Source: Octopus sinensis (taxonomy: Eukaryota). Taken from it: a stretch of 64,000 nt of DNA. Below, in pieces: positions 25,402 through 39,244 of this stretch. The stretch is taken from NCBI RefSeq assembly GCF_006345805.1, contig NC_042998.1:116560001-116624000 (forward strand), in the 5' to 3' direction. A model generated the notes under the pieces. The model searched no databases. It worked only from the letters and a program-made list of their open reading frames with translations, and was not told the DNA's origin. How positions within the stretch are numbered: the stretch's first letter is position 1; the number at the start of each line of letters is the position of its first letter. Made by a program: the position numbers and the translations under genes.

Positions 25402-26795
25402 ATCAAAATAAGCAACAGAATATCCAGAGGTAATACAGTACATTCGTTTCAAGCGACTCCATTTAATTGAACAATGGAACCATTACATCAATTTAAATGC
25501 AGAACAGTCCTCAGCTGTACAAATATATAGAATTAAATTAGATTAAAATTCATGGACACATTAATATAATTTTACCCAAAACCTCCAAGAAGGTAAGGAG
25601 ATAGACAAAGAATATGCTATCATTACTTCAGTTCAGAAGCCAATAAGGTATGAGGAAGAAATACTTGTTAGAGTTCTCGCTTGTCACTATTTTTAATTTA
25701 TAGTCTTGTTTATCAAATCTGTGTATATGAAAATCTAAGGCCAAAGAACAAGGATCAGTGTCTATTAGGAAAGGGACTGAGAGAGTCGACTGAAATCAAG
25801 TCGGTATAGTCCTAAAACTATCAAGATTAATTTGAAACGATATAACGAGATTTGATAAAGGAAATCTTAAATGAAAATGTTAGCTGATATTTAAAGGGGC
25901 AAGACTCTCGTAAACCAGTGATGATAATACAGGGGAAATTTTATCATGGGGTACTATAGTTAGATATTTTAAACAATATTGCCATATCGTATAAAGCTAA
26001 AACTTAGGGTTATTTATAACAAAAGGATAATTTTTTTTTATACTTTTGAGTATATACCAAATTTTACCACAATAGAGGGAGGAAAAGAAATTGCATAGAA
26101 ATAGTTAAATATTCATACGTATTATATAATTACATACTAGCTTATTTCTCGGTATCTATGAATATTTTTCAAAGGCGGCGAGCTGACAGAAACATTAGTA
26201 CGCCGGGCGAAATGCGCAGCCGTATTTCGTCTGTCGTTACGTTGTGAGTTCAAATTCCGCCGAGGTCGACTTTGCCTTTCATCCTTTCGGGGTCGATAAA
26301 TTAAGTACCAGTTACGCACTGGGGTCGATGTAATCGACTCAATACCTATGTCTGTCCTCGTTTGCCCCTTCTATGTTTAGCCCCTTGTGGTTAATAAAGA
26401 AATAGGTATCTATGAATGTTTTTCATTGGCATTTACTGGTATTTTATAAAGGAGTACTGTGGCAAGAGAATAATATGCTAACTATATATTAATTAAATTA
26501 TAATCCAAGCAGTTTATTTTAAGTTGTGCAGATACCGTTATTGTTTTATATAAGCTAAATATGAATTTATAGCGGCACAAATATTAGGTTTGTTTTATAG
26601 AGGCTGTTATAAAATAAAAAATGATCAGGTAGTGTAGAAAAGGAATAAAACAGCTTGATCACTAAAACCATGATAAAATATATATATGCAGAAGCTAAAT
26701 GCAATTGATGTAATAGGTGCATTGTTCAATTAAATAGAGTCGCTTGAAACGATCGTACTGCATTACTTTTGGATAACCTGTTGCTTACTTTCATT
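25401..26795. mobile_element. Non-autonomous DNA transposon with 93-bp terminal inverted repeats
   Basis: 25401-25493 and the reverse complement of 26703-26795 align without gaps at 80/93. TA lies just outside each end (25398-99, 26797-98). No transposase recognised inside. Confidence 0.8.
26171..26404 (+). mobile_element. SINE family A, well preserved, with 20-bp target-site duplication
   Basis: Head ggcggcgagctg...gagttcaaattcc; body gtcgactttgcctttcatcctttcggggtcgataa; TSD ggtatctatgaat(a/g)tttttc at 26151-26170 and 26405-26424. Nested in the TIR element. Confidence 0.93.
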
Positions 26796-27229
26796 TTAAT
26801 CACCTTATTTTGAAAACGTATGGATAATACCGTACTAAGTTCCGGTGCCTCAACTTAATACCTAATTCATCTAATTCTAAATTTTTGCTTATATGTATAT
26901 AAAGGCAAACTACACGGTAGCATCTCATGGTAGAAGAGGTCAAGTAACTCTAAAACTACCTTATTTATCACATAGACACGGGCTGAAAGCGAAAGAAATG
27001 AACGAAAAACATTTTAAAAAAGGTTTCGCCTTGGATCAATTGATTTCTAGTTCAGGGATATAACTTCTTTTAACGTCTTCAGTATAACATACCTCGACAT
27101 ACATAATTATAAACATGTATACATTCCATACCAACACAAACATATCCCCTGTGCATCTACAAATGTTCATATTTATATGCATACTTTAAATCTAGATCGT
27201 TCATCGCAGCCATATATATATATTTTTTC

Positions 27230-29532
27230 AAACACATAACACCACACTAACACTATACATAATATTACAGTGGACAAATCTTTTTTCAGACATGGTTCTC
27301 TTTAACCAGAGATTCCGCCAGCCGAAAACAATACTCGTGACCTCTTTGCAGCCCATCCGTTTGATAACATTGATCTCTATAATGCCAACTGGGATACAGT
27401 TATGGTCATTCACACACACCCTCTAGCATCAAAACAACTTGGAAGATCTTTGTAGACACTGTCACAATCACATGTGCTATACACCCACCAAGACCTCTGA
27501 ACAAACGTAGGTGCAGAATGGCCCAAAACAGAAATTAGTCTATTATCAGAAAAATAAAAAGGACAAACTAAAGGATAAGCAAAGTAAAATACTACCAACA
27601 TCCTCACATATATTGGACGGGTATCACTCTGCTCGAATTAAAGATGTATTACCTCCACCAATATATGAAGACTATCATCAATAACCAAAGAACAGCTAAG
27701 GAGAAATGGGTTAATGAGGGAATGAAAGGCAACCCCAAAGTGTTCCCTCTTGCGAGGAATCAAAAGATCACTGTCTCCACTGCTGGCATTCTGATTGATG
27801 AGAATGGCAATCTCCAACACAATGTCAGACCCATGCAGAAACAACACTGATGTTTTCAGCAATCTTGACATGGTCGATCTGGGCTGTATCAGTGATGTTA
27901 ATCCAGAACACACTGTATCTGGTATAAAATTTGTCATCCCTCTTGTCTTAGCGGCAATAAACGAAATTAAACACAATTCAGCAATAGACACTGATAGGTT
28001 CCTGTTTGCCTCCTTAAGGGTTGTCCACACCAGCTTGCATCTTCTCTTGCTAATCTGTGAATGAACTCACTGGATGCTGGCTATATTCCTGGAAACATTC
28101 TGTCGTCCCAGTCTGTTGACTCAGTTTTTAAGAAGTGAAATAAATCCTTTGCAATGAACTACCATCCGATGTCATTCACTTCTATCACCAAGGTATTTGA
28201 GTGATTGGTGAGATCACGAATAAACCACTTTCTTGAAAGCTAAAGTGTGCTGAATCCCTACCAACATGAGTTCCGTAATGAAAGGACATACCGAACGCAT
28301 CTCCTGCATCAATTTGATGATATTTTAAGAGATTTGGAGAGCGCTGCAACGCTGATATCATCTACCTTTATTTCAGCAAGAAATTTAGCAGGGCTGGTCA
28401 TCAGATTTCCTTGAAAAAACTATCCAAAAATTGATGTATCTGGAAAGGTAATACAATGGATCAAGTGTTTCCTGACAGACAGAACTAACCATGCTGTCTT
28501 CGAAGGAGTAAAATCAATCCCAGATTCTTTTCATCATCTGCATTAACGACACTACTGATGTTTTCAAGCGCAGCAACATAAGAATATTTGCAGATAATTT
28601 CAAACTCTAGAACGTCATCAATGAAGTGGGTGACCGGACATGCATTTAGTCAGACCTACTGGCTGTCATTGAATAGGCGGCAAAAAGCAATATACTGCTG
28701 AACGAGGACAAATTTGAGTTAATCCACTTCGGAAAAGAGGATACCATGAAACCCTCCTATTCATTTCCTTCATGTGAAAGTCTCAATGCATCCAACACCA
28801 TCAGAGACTTGAGAGTAATTGTGGACAACAATTACGAGCTGGTCTGCTCGTATAAAAAAGCAATGCTGAATTGGCACTTAGAATGTGTTCCAAGATTCTC
28901 AGAACTTTCCAGTCGAGATAAATCTACACTATTAACCTTCTCTTCTCGATATTTGCCCGACCCCACCTTGAATACTACTGTCCGCTGTAGTCTCCCCACA
29001 CGAAACAAAGTATCATGAATGTTGAAGCACCTGAAAGGTCAATTACAAACACCATAGATCACATGACAGGCCTTGACTATTGGCATCGACTAGAAAAGCT
29101 CAATCTTTATTTTCTCCAATGCCGCCTTCAGCGCTACATTATCTGCATAATGTAGAAAATATTCCATCAACATTGCTCAAATGATGTTTGCATCACCTTT
29201 AAGATACAGCCAGGAATTTGGCCCCGTGCTCTCCATCCACAGCATGAATCATACTCGCATCTCATAACAACAATACGGCACAATTATTTCACCTCAATTC
29301 GACACGCTCTCTTTAAGCAGAAACAGGCGCCATAAAGTTCAATAAGTCTTTGAACAAATCACTTCAGGAACCAGGATATACTCCCTACAGAGGGATATGT
29401 CTCCTTGAACAATAATTCTTTACTTGAGTTTGCCATGTTGTCGAACCCTGATTTGAATGCCTTCGCCACGTAGCGATATTAAGCTAGTCGTGGCCTGGGA
29501 CAACACTAGCCGAAACCTATCAAAGCACCAAA

Positions 29533-29533
<1 letters not shown>
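27230..29533 (+). mobile_element. CR1/L2-group LINE (Daphne/Crack-like), 5'-truncated, pseudogenised ORF2
   Basis: Across stops and frameshifts: DLYNANWD, KGNPKVF, FKK*NKSFAMNYHPMSFTS.TKVFE, QHEFR, IYLYFSK, WIKCFLTDR, IFADN (28584-98), GLDYWHRLEKLNLY.LQ. The GVPQG motif region is deleted. The 3' end abuts (TA)n. Confidence 0.92.

Positions 29534-29593
<60 letters not shown>
29534..29593. repeat. (TA)n microsatellite at the LINE 3' end
   Basis: Directly visible. Confidence 0.97.
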
Positions 29594-29601
<8 letters not shown>

Positions 29602-30099
29602 TACATGTAAAGGTAAAAGTATCACAACCCTTGTAAATATGTAATTTGATCTAAATATTAATGAATGAAAGCAGAATTATTAGCGGTATTCAGAAACACA
29701 TTAATAAAATATTGAGTGATTTGTAAAATTCAATAAGCATGTGAATTACATAAAGCTATTGGTAAAATTTTAATGCAATTAACAAATTTTCTCTGATGAA
29801 GAAAACAAAATAACAGAAAATAGTTCTATAAATCACAGAAAGAAACCTCTGATATTTTAAACAAAATGAATGGCAGTTGCATACATATTCATACTTCATG
29901 TTTGATATTTAATCACATGTAGTTTATGATGTTGTTACAAACACAAATAGTATTAATACTTTAAACAGCAATCAAGCAGAATAAAGTACAGAGTAATACA
30001 ATAAGCATTAACGACTTAAGCATATTTTTTCACAACTTAGCTTTCATATTTTACTTGTTTAAATCATTAGACTGCCGAAATGTTAAGTTACTAGAACTT

Positions 30100-30221
30100 A
30101 AACACACCACTATCGGTTGTCAAGTTTCGGCTGGAGACAAACACACACACATACTTGAACATATATACATTTACACACACGGATACACACATGAACATAA
30201 TACATACATATGCACACACAA

Positions 30222-30254
<33 letters not shown>

Positions 30255-30436
30255 CATGCATACATATATGTATGTATGTATTATGTACAGACTTCATTGA
30301 AATTGTGTCTATCAAATCTACTCACAAGGCTTCGGTCGGCCTGACGCTATAATAATAGATACTTACCCACGTTGCCATGCAGTGGGACTAAGCCATGTGT
30401 TTGGGAAGTAAACCACTTATCACACAGCGATGCATC
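30100..30436 (-). mobile_element. SINE family B, diverged, 3'-truncated
   Basis: atcggttgtcaag, an internal CA/TA microsatellite, then caaatctactcacaaggcttcggtcggcc...gcagtgggact...cacacagcgatgc. Confidence 0.85.
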
Positions 30437-32022
30437 GTTATAAATTACAGTGAGATACTAACAATGGTTCATTAAAGAACAAGAAAATAGTGCTTCCGTA
30501 TAAATATAAATAAAGTGGCGAGTAAAAGACATTTTTTTATGAAATATTAAAAATTTGCTAAGAACACATGCTATTTTATTTACTGGTTATTTCTCATTAC
30601 AATTGCAGTAGGCCAGACCTGCTATGCCAGCTCACATCCCTCACATCAACCTTTTTTGATTTTAAATTTCCGAGATGTCTTCCCTACCATTTTTGACTCG
30701 ATTTATCCTTACTGAAAATGATTTCACCCCACTGAATGTGAACTTTGTTTTACCCAACAAAGCTGTACCCATAATATAGCAGAAGTTTCAGATGTTATAA
30801 CAATAGTCTTCTATTCATAAATCCCATGTGAGTTCGATATCCAAATCTTTTTAATTCGATCCAAAAATTTGACCCTCACACTATTTATTCGCCCTACCAG
30901 AAATATATGTTAAATATTCCTTACACCATACTGTCTTCAATAAATGGAAGAATCCATTAGGTAAGGTTGTCTGGGGTACAGTTTGACTAAATTAAAACAG
31001 GATTGGTTACGGCTGAAATGCTTTTGATCTAGTTTAAGAACGGGGTTAAACAACAAAATATCACCAACAATAACTTTTAAATCGATAATATTATCACCAT
31101 CACCTTCCCCATCTTAATCGCTCCTAACTTTAACATGAAACCTCTACACATAGTACATGACTAATCAATTACTTTCCAAATGTCAAACATGAGATTATTT
31201 CATTGATACAAGTGCTGACATTTAATGAAGAAATTATAGTCCATTACATTGAACTCATTGTTTGCCTGGGATTTAATTTTTCGACCGCTGTAAGACGAAA
31301 CCGGTGTTGTTTCAACTCAAAACATAACTACATATAACAATTCTAAATCGAGTTCAAAAGTTCCAGCTTCTTTCTCTTCTTTTTGCTTACAAGTATTAAA
31401 TGAATATAGTAGTTTACATTACTTCTCATACGAAATAAATGTAAGAATAACACCAAGGTCTTACTAATATTTTGTTTTGTTTCACACTTTGGTTTTTGCT
31501 TTTCATATGCACAGACTATTATGAATTTCTTAAAAAATCAAATACGCATCTAGGCAAGTTTGTTTAACATATGTAAAAGAAATATTTATAGTAACCACGG
31601 AAGACATATTTATTCCTTCTATTTATAGTGCATCTGGCTTTTAGAAAACGGAGCTTTCTGTTGTCACATCGTCTAGAAATAGTTGAATTTGATGTTGTGT
31701 TATTTTGCCTAGAAACAAAACAAGTACTAAATTAGAGAAACAAAGCCATATATATAAGCCTAGAATTTTGTTCAAATATCATACTTTCTTGGCACCAACA
31801 AATAACAAAAAATTGAAAATAAAAAGTTCAATTCTTTAATCACACGATACACGCCTGTAAATAACTGTTTGCTAGGAGTCATATCAAACACGCGTGTACA
31901 ATAATATTCACATATTGAACCAACTTTATTCATAAATACACGTACTGACATACAAATATAATCATACACACATATTTATAAAGAGAGAGAAAGGAAGAAA
32001 TAGTCATTCACATGGAAAATTG

Positions 32023-32064
<42 letters not shown>

Positions 32065-32066
32065 TG

Positions 32067-32097
<31 letters not shown>

Positions 32098-32529
32098 TGT
32101 GTGATTCTGTATAGATGGAAAGAGATAGAGAGACGAAGAGGAGGGAGAGGGAGTCAACAGTTGCGATCAAGAAAATTTCAATATAGAAAACATTTAATAG
32201 TGCTCAAATGATTTGAACTTATACACCAATACCAAGGAAAAAGACGGGAAGATAATAAAGGTACCAAGTTAACAGATATGGAAATATTAATTCAGATAAA
32301 AAATGAAAACCTTGGGTTTAAATGTAGAAAATATGTACAAAATATATATACACGTGTACATCTAAGACGGGAAGGTGGGCTTAAAATTTTCGTATGATTA
32401 ACAATCAAGTATTTTTAGTTTACATATACATACATATATATATATATATATATGTATGTGTGTATGTGTGTGTGTGTGTATGTTTGTTTGTTTGTTCTGT
32501 TTCCTTGTATATCTCCACCGTCCTGCTTT

Positions 32530-32780
32530 TGTTACCAAATTTGACTCTCCATAAATCCCAAATTAAATTTGAATTTTGCAGGAGCAACTGCCTTTTTGAA
32601 GACACAAGTTGTTGTTCAATACTCGAAATGAGAATCAGGCATACAGCAAACAACTGATGAAGTGTCGTTCTTTATGTTAATATTCCTGTTCTACATTTGT
32701 TTCTCTCGTTGCTTGCATATTCAACTTATTTGTTTTCGCATTTCATGTTGTTTACGGTTCGTGACCTTCTGTACCCATAT
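32530..32780 (+). mobile_element. Short repeat, probable PLE terminal remnant
   Basis: Homologous to 22060-22240 (-); contains ctCGAAATG-(spacer)-CTGATGAAG followed by a T-rich tail; ends at (TA)n. Confidence 0.6.
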
Positions 32781-32809
32781 ATGCATAGACGTATATATTT
32801 ATGCATCTA

Positions 32810-32875
<66 letters not shown>

Positions 32876-32876
32876 A

Positions 32877-34132
32877 CAGGAGGGGTATTCCTTAAAGATT
32901 TCCCCTATCTCACGTTTATTGTAAGATACGAAACTTGTACAGGTACAATCATACATTTCTCTACATGACACATTGTAAATTTCAGCTTTCCAGTAATATG
33001 CGTTTGTCTTTTCCTGCTTCTGAAATGGACTGAGTTGTTATAATTGTGGCAGTTGAATGCAGATCAGAGATCGGGTTCGTAAACTTAACAGGTTATACAC
33101 CAAAATAGATTTTCGATGAGATGAAAGAAGTTTATGTTGACGATGCACCATCTTACAATGTAGTCAACCACTGGCATTATTAGTTCAAATGTAGTCGGAC
33201 ATCGCAGGAAACTGTTTCTCTTCTTGGACGACCACATTCCGCCATTTATGGCTAACCTATCCATGAAGTGGGAGCCGCTATTTTGGAGGATCGCTGCATA
33301 ACTCTTTGGCAATTGGCCAAAGAATTGACGGCAAGTCTAGGGTTAATGGAAAAAAAATCGTTCACGACTATTTACTCATACGGAAGTTGTCTGCTCGATC
33401 GATTCCGCGGATGCTTACACCTTTTCAGAAGCAGGAACGAGGCAATTATTCCCAGTCTCTTTTGGCAATGTGACAAGAAAACGACGAGGAATTTTTCGGC
33501 CGACTTATAACACAAGAACCAACATGGGTCCATCACTATGATCCTGAGACTAAATTCCAATCGAAACAATGGAAGTATGATAACTCACCACTTCCAAAGA
33601 AGGCTCGTGTCCAACCCTCAGCAAGCAAGGTAATGATCACAGTCTTTTGGGACCAGCGCGGAGTAGTGATAGATTTTCTCACAAGGAGCACCACAAATAA
33701 CAGGGCATATTATGCTTTTTGTGCTGAAAAATGGTTGGACGCCTTGAAAGCAGAGAGGCGTGGCATGATGGCCAAAGGAGTTCGCGTCCTCCAAGACTAC
33801 GCTCCAATTCACAGTGCGCATGTTACCCGGATGAAAGCACTGTCCTGCGGCTATGAAATCCTACATCACACCCTTATTCTCCCAACCTCGCACCATCTGA
33901 CGTCCACCTCTTTCCAAATATGAAGTCCTTTGTGAAGGGGAAGCATTTTTGGATGATGTTGAGGTAAAGTCTAGGCTCTACAAACGAGGTCTTCAAAGCT
34001 GCATAAAGCGACAAGAGAAAGCAGTCACCGTTGGTGGTGTTTATGTAGAGAATAATGAATAAGTATGCCAAGCTGCATTTATCCCTGTCTTTGAGAAGTG
34101 TGTAAAAGGAAATCTTTAATAAACACACCTCG
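32877..34132 (+). mobile_element. Mariner DNA transposon, full length (1256 bp), degenerate
   Basis: TIR cores gaggggtattccttaaagatttcc and gaggtgtgtttattaaagatttcc (20/24 identical). TA at 32875-76 and 34133-34. Confidence 0.93.
33025..34060 (+). pseudogene. Mariner (DD34D) transposase pseudogene
   Basis: IFDEMKEVY.DDAPSY, GRPHS, WVHHYDPETK (33525), KVMITVFWD..GV, QDYAPIHS, PYSPNLAPSD.HLFPNMK; multiple stops and frameshifts. Confidence 0.92.
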
Positions 34133-35976
34133 TATATATTGAATAGAGCAAACTTACTCAGATTACATAGGATCAAAGTTTTTGTGGAGAGGAAGGCTTT
34201 ACAAGTCGAATTAACTTCATAATGTATATGTACGTATCTTGTCTGTCCGTTTGGCTCCTCTTTGTTTGTGGAATTCATATATATTTATCTCTACGTGCAT
34301 GTTATATATTTCAACAATATCTAAGCAGTTCTCAAGAGAACTAGAAATCTATATTTTTCTATGTTTAGTACAATCGATGAGATGTCTATCTGCTTTGAGT
34401 CAAGAAATTCTTATTGGCCTGATAACAACACCATGTTCTGAATGAACAACAAAAGTATGTTGATGAATAAATGTTTTTACAAAGAAACAAATATGCTGCG
34501 TCACCATATAACATCCAGCAACAATGTGAAGGAACAGTCCTGGTGGTTGGGAGCGTGAAAGTTTCGCTACTTTTTATTCGATTATAGGTAAATGCCTTTA
34601 TTAAATATTATAGTTAATTAACAGTTGGGAATCAGTAGGTTGCCAGAAAACTATGAACACAACTGAACATGCTTTCAAGTAATCTAGGTGTATACGATGA
34701 TGTTTCTTCATATGATCAAAGCACTATTGAATGACAAGATCATAATCACCATTCCTCTCATTTTATATATTTTTCCGTCTTATGTTGTAATTCAAATATC
34801 AGTCAAGGTCTATGAAGCCTGTATTCACATAAGCATTGTTCATACATAACTTTTAATTCGTACAAAGCGCATACGGAGTACTCTAGATGGTAAAATATAT
34901 CTTCTAAAAAATTGCACGTACATTCTTAGAAACTTGTGTGCAGTGTCTTGAGACCAGAGCATAGACCAACAAACTGTTTCATTACTATGTTTCAGCTCAT
35001 TCCAAACGCGTAAATACTATCATTACATGCATGCATCTGTTATCATAGTTTTGTGTGGTAGTTTTAAATCAGTGGTGATATGCCATCATATTTATCACTA
35101 CGTAAGATGGCATAAAAATACATTAAGTCGAGCAGTTTTTATCCTATTTGTATCCTTTCACTACATGAAATTAAAACACTACCTTAGTGGCCTTTTTCAT
35201 TTCGCACAAAATACGAAAGATGAGAATTTTGAAGTCGCTAATATGTTTAACTCTGGTATATGAAAAAAAAAGTGTCGTTACATTACAGTACTTGTTATCA
35301 AATGGCAATTACAATGAATATTATATTTGATAGATACATTTCAAATTCAGTCGATTGTGTAACTTGCTAATGGTGAAATATTAATCAGGTCTTCTGAATA
35401 TATGCGGTAACGTCAACTGCAAGTGGTGGATATTATTTCATGGGTATAGGAGACAAATGAGATGGTGGAGGAAGTTGGATGCATTTGTAATTAGTTTATC
35501 ATATTTCTTTCCTATTTAATGAATTTAATAAATTTCTAATTCAATATATGATAAATTTCTTGTTAGCCACATTGTTGAAACAATAACGTGAAAAACAATG
35601 AAAACATCAAAAATGATAGCAGTTGTCAAAATATGAATAAGCAAGTAAACAAAACAGTATATAGAACATGTGCATGTAAATTATAAGCGAATAACTGCAG
35701 TATAATTTAAAAGATTTTGACTAAATACAGGGTACTTACATATATGCAGTGTATACAGTAAATACACCTGCCACCTTATTTAATCCTCGATTTGGGTAAG
35801 TTTAATTTTTTATATGCAAGCGCGTGATCGCCATTCATTTTAGTTATGATACAGATCAACTAATCACATTATCTACACGTTTCTAAACAAATATCTCTCA
35901 ATTCGCAATGTTGAGAAAAAACAATATTTATATAGGTTTGAACACATAAAATAAACCATATAAGAGAATACAATGA

Positions 35977-36040
35977 ATTTTAACTTGTAGTCGCGGGGGT
36001 ATATATATATATATATACCCCCGCGACTAACAGTTAAAAT
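35977..36040. repeat. Near-perfect 64-bp palindrome centred on (TA)9
   Basis: attttaacttgtagtcgcggggg-(TA)9-cccccgcgactaacagttaaaat; the 23-bp arms differ at two positions. Confidence 0.95.
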
Positions 36041-36091
36041 AATGTTGTGTTAGGTGACATGTACTTGATGATATTCAGTCATATATATATA

Positions 36092-36139
<48 letters not shown>

Positions 36140-36945
36140 ACACAACATTATTTGTTTGCGTATCAAAAGTAATGGGTGAGCTCGTGAGAAATGCTGAACG
36201 CCAAACTTGAAGTGCTAGAGACGTATAGCTTTAATATATAGATAAGATTTACAACGCGCTTTTTGCACTCATCACATTACTCGCTAACTATTTCGAATCT
36301 CTCTTTATTCATATATTCTTAGCATATTATTCTGTGATTGAAACAATAACTCTCGCTAGGAATGATGAATATACGCAGTAAACTTAGTAGATTATTTGCA
36401 GCAGAAAGGAAAATATGAAGTCTGTGTCAAAATGTTGCGTATGAAATGGATTCGGGCAAACGATTGCTTCTCCATAATCACTTATGTAGGTCTATGTGTA
36501 ATAGAACTATTGATATACACACCCCAAAATCTGAGTTTAACTGAAAGTATGTTGTTAACATTTACTAGAAATTTGTATAGCGATGCCTTATTTACTTCAT
36601 AAGTTTGCCTTCATCTTCTTTGGCACTTTATAACAATAAGTCTGTTGTAAATGTGGTAGGAAAAAAAACAGAAAACTACAAAATAAATACACCGCATTAT
36701 ATTCAGTGATTGATTGTTAAATCTGTAATGATATTTCATGTCACGTTTGCACCGTCTTGAGTTTTGACATTTAAGCAAACAAAATAAAATGACATAGTAC
36801 ATAATAGATGATTTGTTAGCAAAATGTTGAGAAAGTTACGAAAATTGACAATTTAAATTCATGCGTAGGTTTTAAAATGTAGTATGTTGTTGCACATAAT
36901 AGGCGGGACATACGTTATAAACCGGTAGAAATTACGTATATATAC

Positions 36946-37026
<81 letters not shown>

Positions 37027-37030
<4 letters not shown>

Positions 37031-38207
37031 ACGGTTTAGCTGGTGCATTTCCCGGTGACCCACATTGGAATCATGGTTCCGGCATGTCTAGTAGAAAAGT
37101 GACAGTCTTTTGTTTAATGGAGGACTAATGGGTTTTGGAATGACCTGTGACCTTGTGCGGGTGAATTAGGGGTCGCTCTGGGCACCCCTTGACAGTAGGA
37201 GAGAAGGACAGGCAGAGAGTTTGGTAGAGCTGTCATGAGAGAGATAGAGTATAAGACTAAGGGACAGTAGGCGATATAGATAGAGTAAGGAATTAGATAG
37301 CAAATAGAAAGACTATAGGTGGTAGAACAGAGGGAGATGAGGGAGTGGAAGTCAGGACAAGGAAGTGAGGTTCTGGGCAGTCGTTGAGCGGTCGTCGAGG
37401 AACACAGACGGATCCTGTAGTCGCTGGCCGGCCCTCGAGGAAGACAGACGGACTCTGGAGGTCAGAGCGAATGGATGGAACCTTGGATTTAAGGAGCAAG
37501 CGTTGGAACTCCTGGGAGCGAGCTGGGATGCGAGGAGTCCTAGGAGCAAGCGATTGGAATATGCACAGAGGGGAATTAGCAGAGTATTCAGAGGATTTGG
37601 CAGTATTCAGAGATGAGTGCAGAATGGGACACTGGCGATTCAGTTAGGAATTAAGGTATGTGTTTGTGCATTGATATGTGTCACGGTGTATACGGACCGA
37701 CAGAAAAGAACAGTCAAGGACTCTGTCGATGTGGTCGATAAAGAACATTGTGAATTGAGTAAAGGACTTGTTGAATTGTAACGTGAATTGTTGTGATACG
37801 AACATTGTATAATGTATCGAAGTGTTCTGATTGGACTGTGACGTATCGTGAACATTATTTGATCTGGACTTGTTGTGTCGTTACTGAACACTGTTATATT
37901 GTTTGATCTGTTGCATGATGTATTGAGTAGTCACGTGCATGTCTTCCTTTAAATGTCTGCCTTTGATGTATTTGATGTGTAGCAATTGATTGTCGTATAA
38001 ACTGTTGTTTGAATATAAGCCAGTGTTGCCAGTTGTTGCCTTGCCTCTTTGGGTTGTATCTCGGGTTGTGCCTCTGTATCTCTGTGCTGTTGAGGTTGTG
38101 GCAGTATCTATCTGTATCTCCTCTCTCCGCCTCTTTGGGTTCCGTGGCGGAACGTGTGTGAGCCGTTCGGGACGAGCGACGACGGCGGGCGATTCCAGTC
38201 CGTTTCG

Positions 38208-38212
<5 letters not shown>
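37027..38212 (+). mobile_element. Probable solo LTR (1186 bp) inserted in a (TA)n array
   Basis: Starts TGTTACG, ends CGCAACA (TG...CA with a short terminal inverted repeat); GC-richer than the flanks; ATATA on both sides; no coding similarity. Orientation is tentative. Confidence 0.7.
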
Positions 38213-38266
<54 letters not shown>

Positions 38267-39244
38267 GTACAAACGCATACACGCAGATATTTATATCTAT
38301 ATCTATCTATCAATCTGTCTGTTTGTCTGTCTGTCTATCTATATAGATATAGATATACATATAGATATGTGTGCTTGTGTGAGTATGTAATTTTGAGCAT
38401 AGATCTGTATATATATGTGTGCGCGTGCGCGCGCATGTCTGTCTGTCGGAATTCGGAAATGTGCCCGTGTCTCAGTTACATCAAAATGGGTAGTAGCTTG
38501 TGAAATTGCAACATGGATTCTGAGCAAACGAATAATCTCATCCGTCGCCGTTAGAAATAACTAACAAATCAGTGTTGGATGACATACCGTAATTGCATGC
38601 TTTTGTCTTAGAAACGAAAGGACATGGTGGATGATAGAATAATATAGAGTAAATGTGAACACTTCTTTTTTCTTGCGGTTTGAATGATATTCATGATACC
38701 TCTACTCACAAGTCAAGTTTTTCTTATCCAGAATACCTAAAAGGCAGGTAAGACTATGTAAGTGCTGTGGAAGGACCGCTGATAATCTCCCGGTTGGATA
38801 ATAATATGAGTGAGCAGTCTAAAGTGAGTAGTGTGCGAGCTTGTATATGTTAAATAAAATGGGAAAACAAAGCCGAACTAGTATCAAATTTCTAAGTCAT
38901 TTATAAAGAGAAAATATAAGTAATAAAGGCGTACAGGTATCAATTCAATATGGCCGTTTCTAACAACTCTTTAATTGGTCAATGAGAACATTATAGCATT
39001 GCAAAGAAAACCGTTTTGGTCAGATGAATTCATGATCCTCAAACATGAAAGAACAGTTCAACTTATTCAACATATTTTAAAAAATTACGGAGGGATTGAA
39101 GCTAATGTTGATTTTATGGAATATATCAGGATATTTTTATGTAATTTTGGTAAATATATCTGTTAAAATCACGTCAGTTTTATATTAATTTTTGCGTAAT
39201 TTAGACAACATTTCATTCACCGCACCCTGTATATATAATACGGT

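Noticed and set aside
37881-38346. ORFs of 118-139 aa as coding genes
   Set aside because: They start or end in (TA)n, lie within the putative LTR and show no homology.
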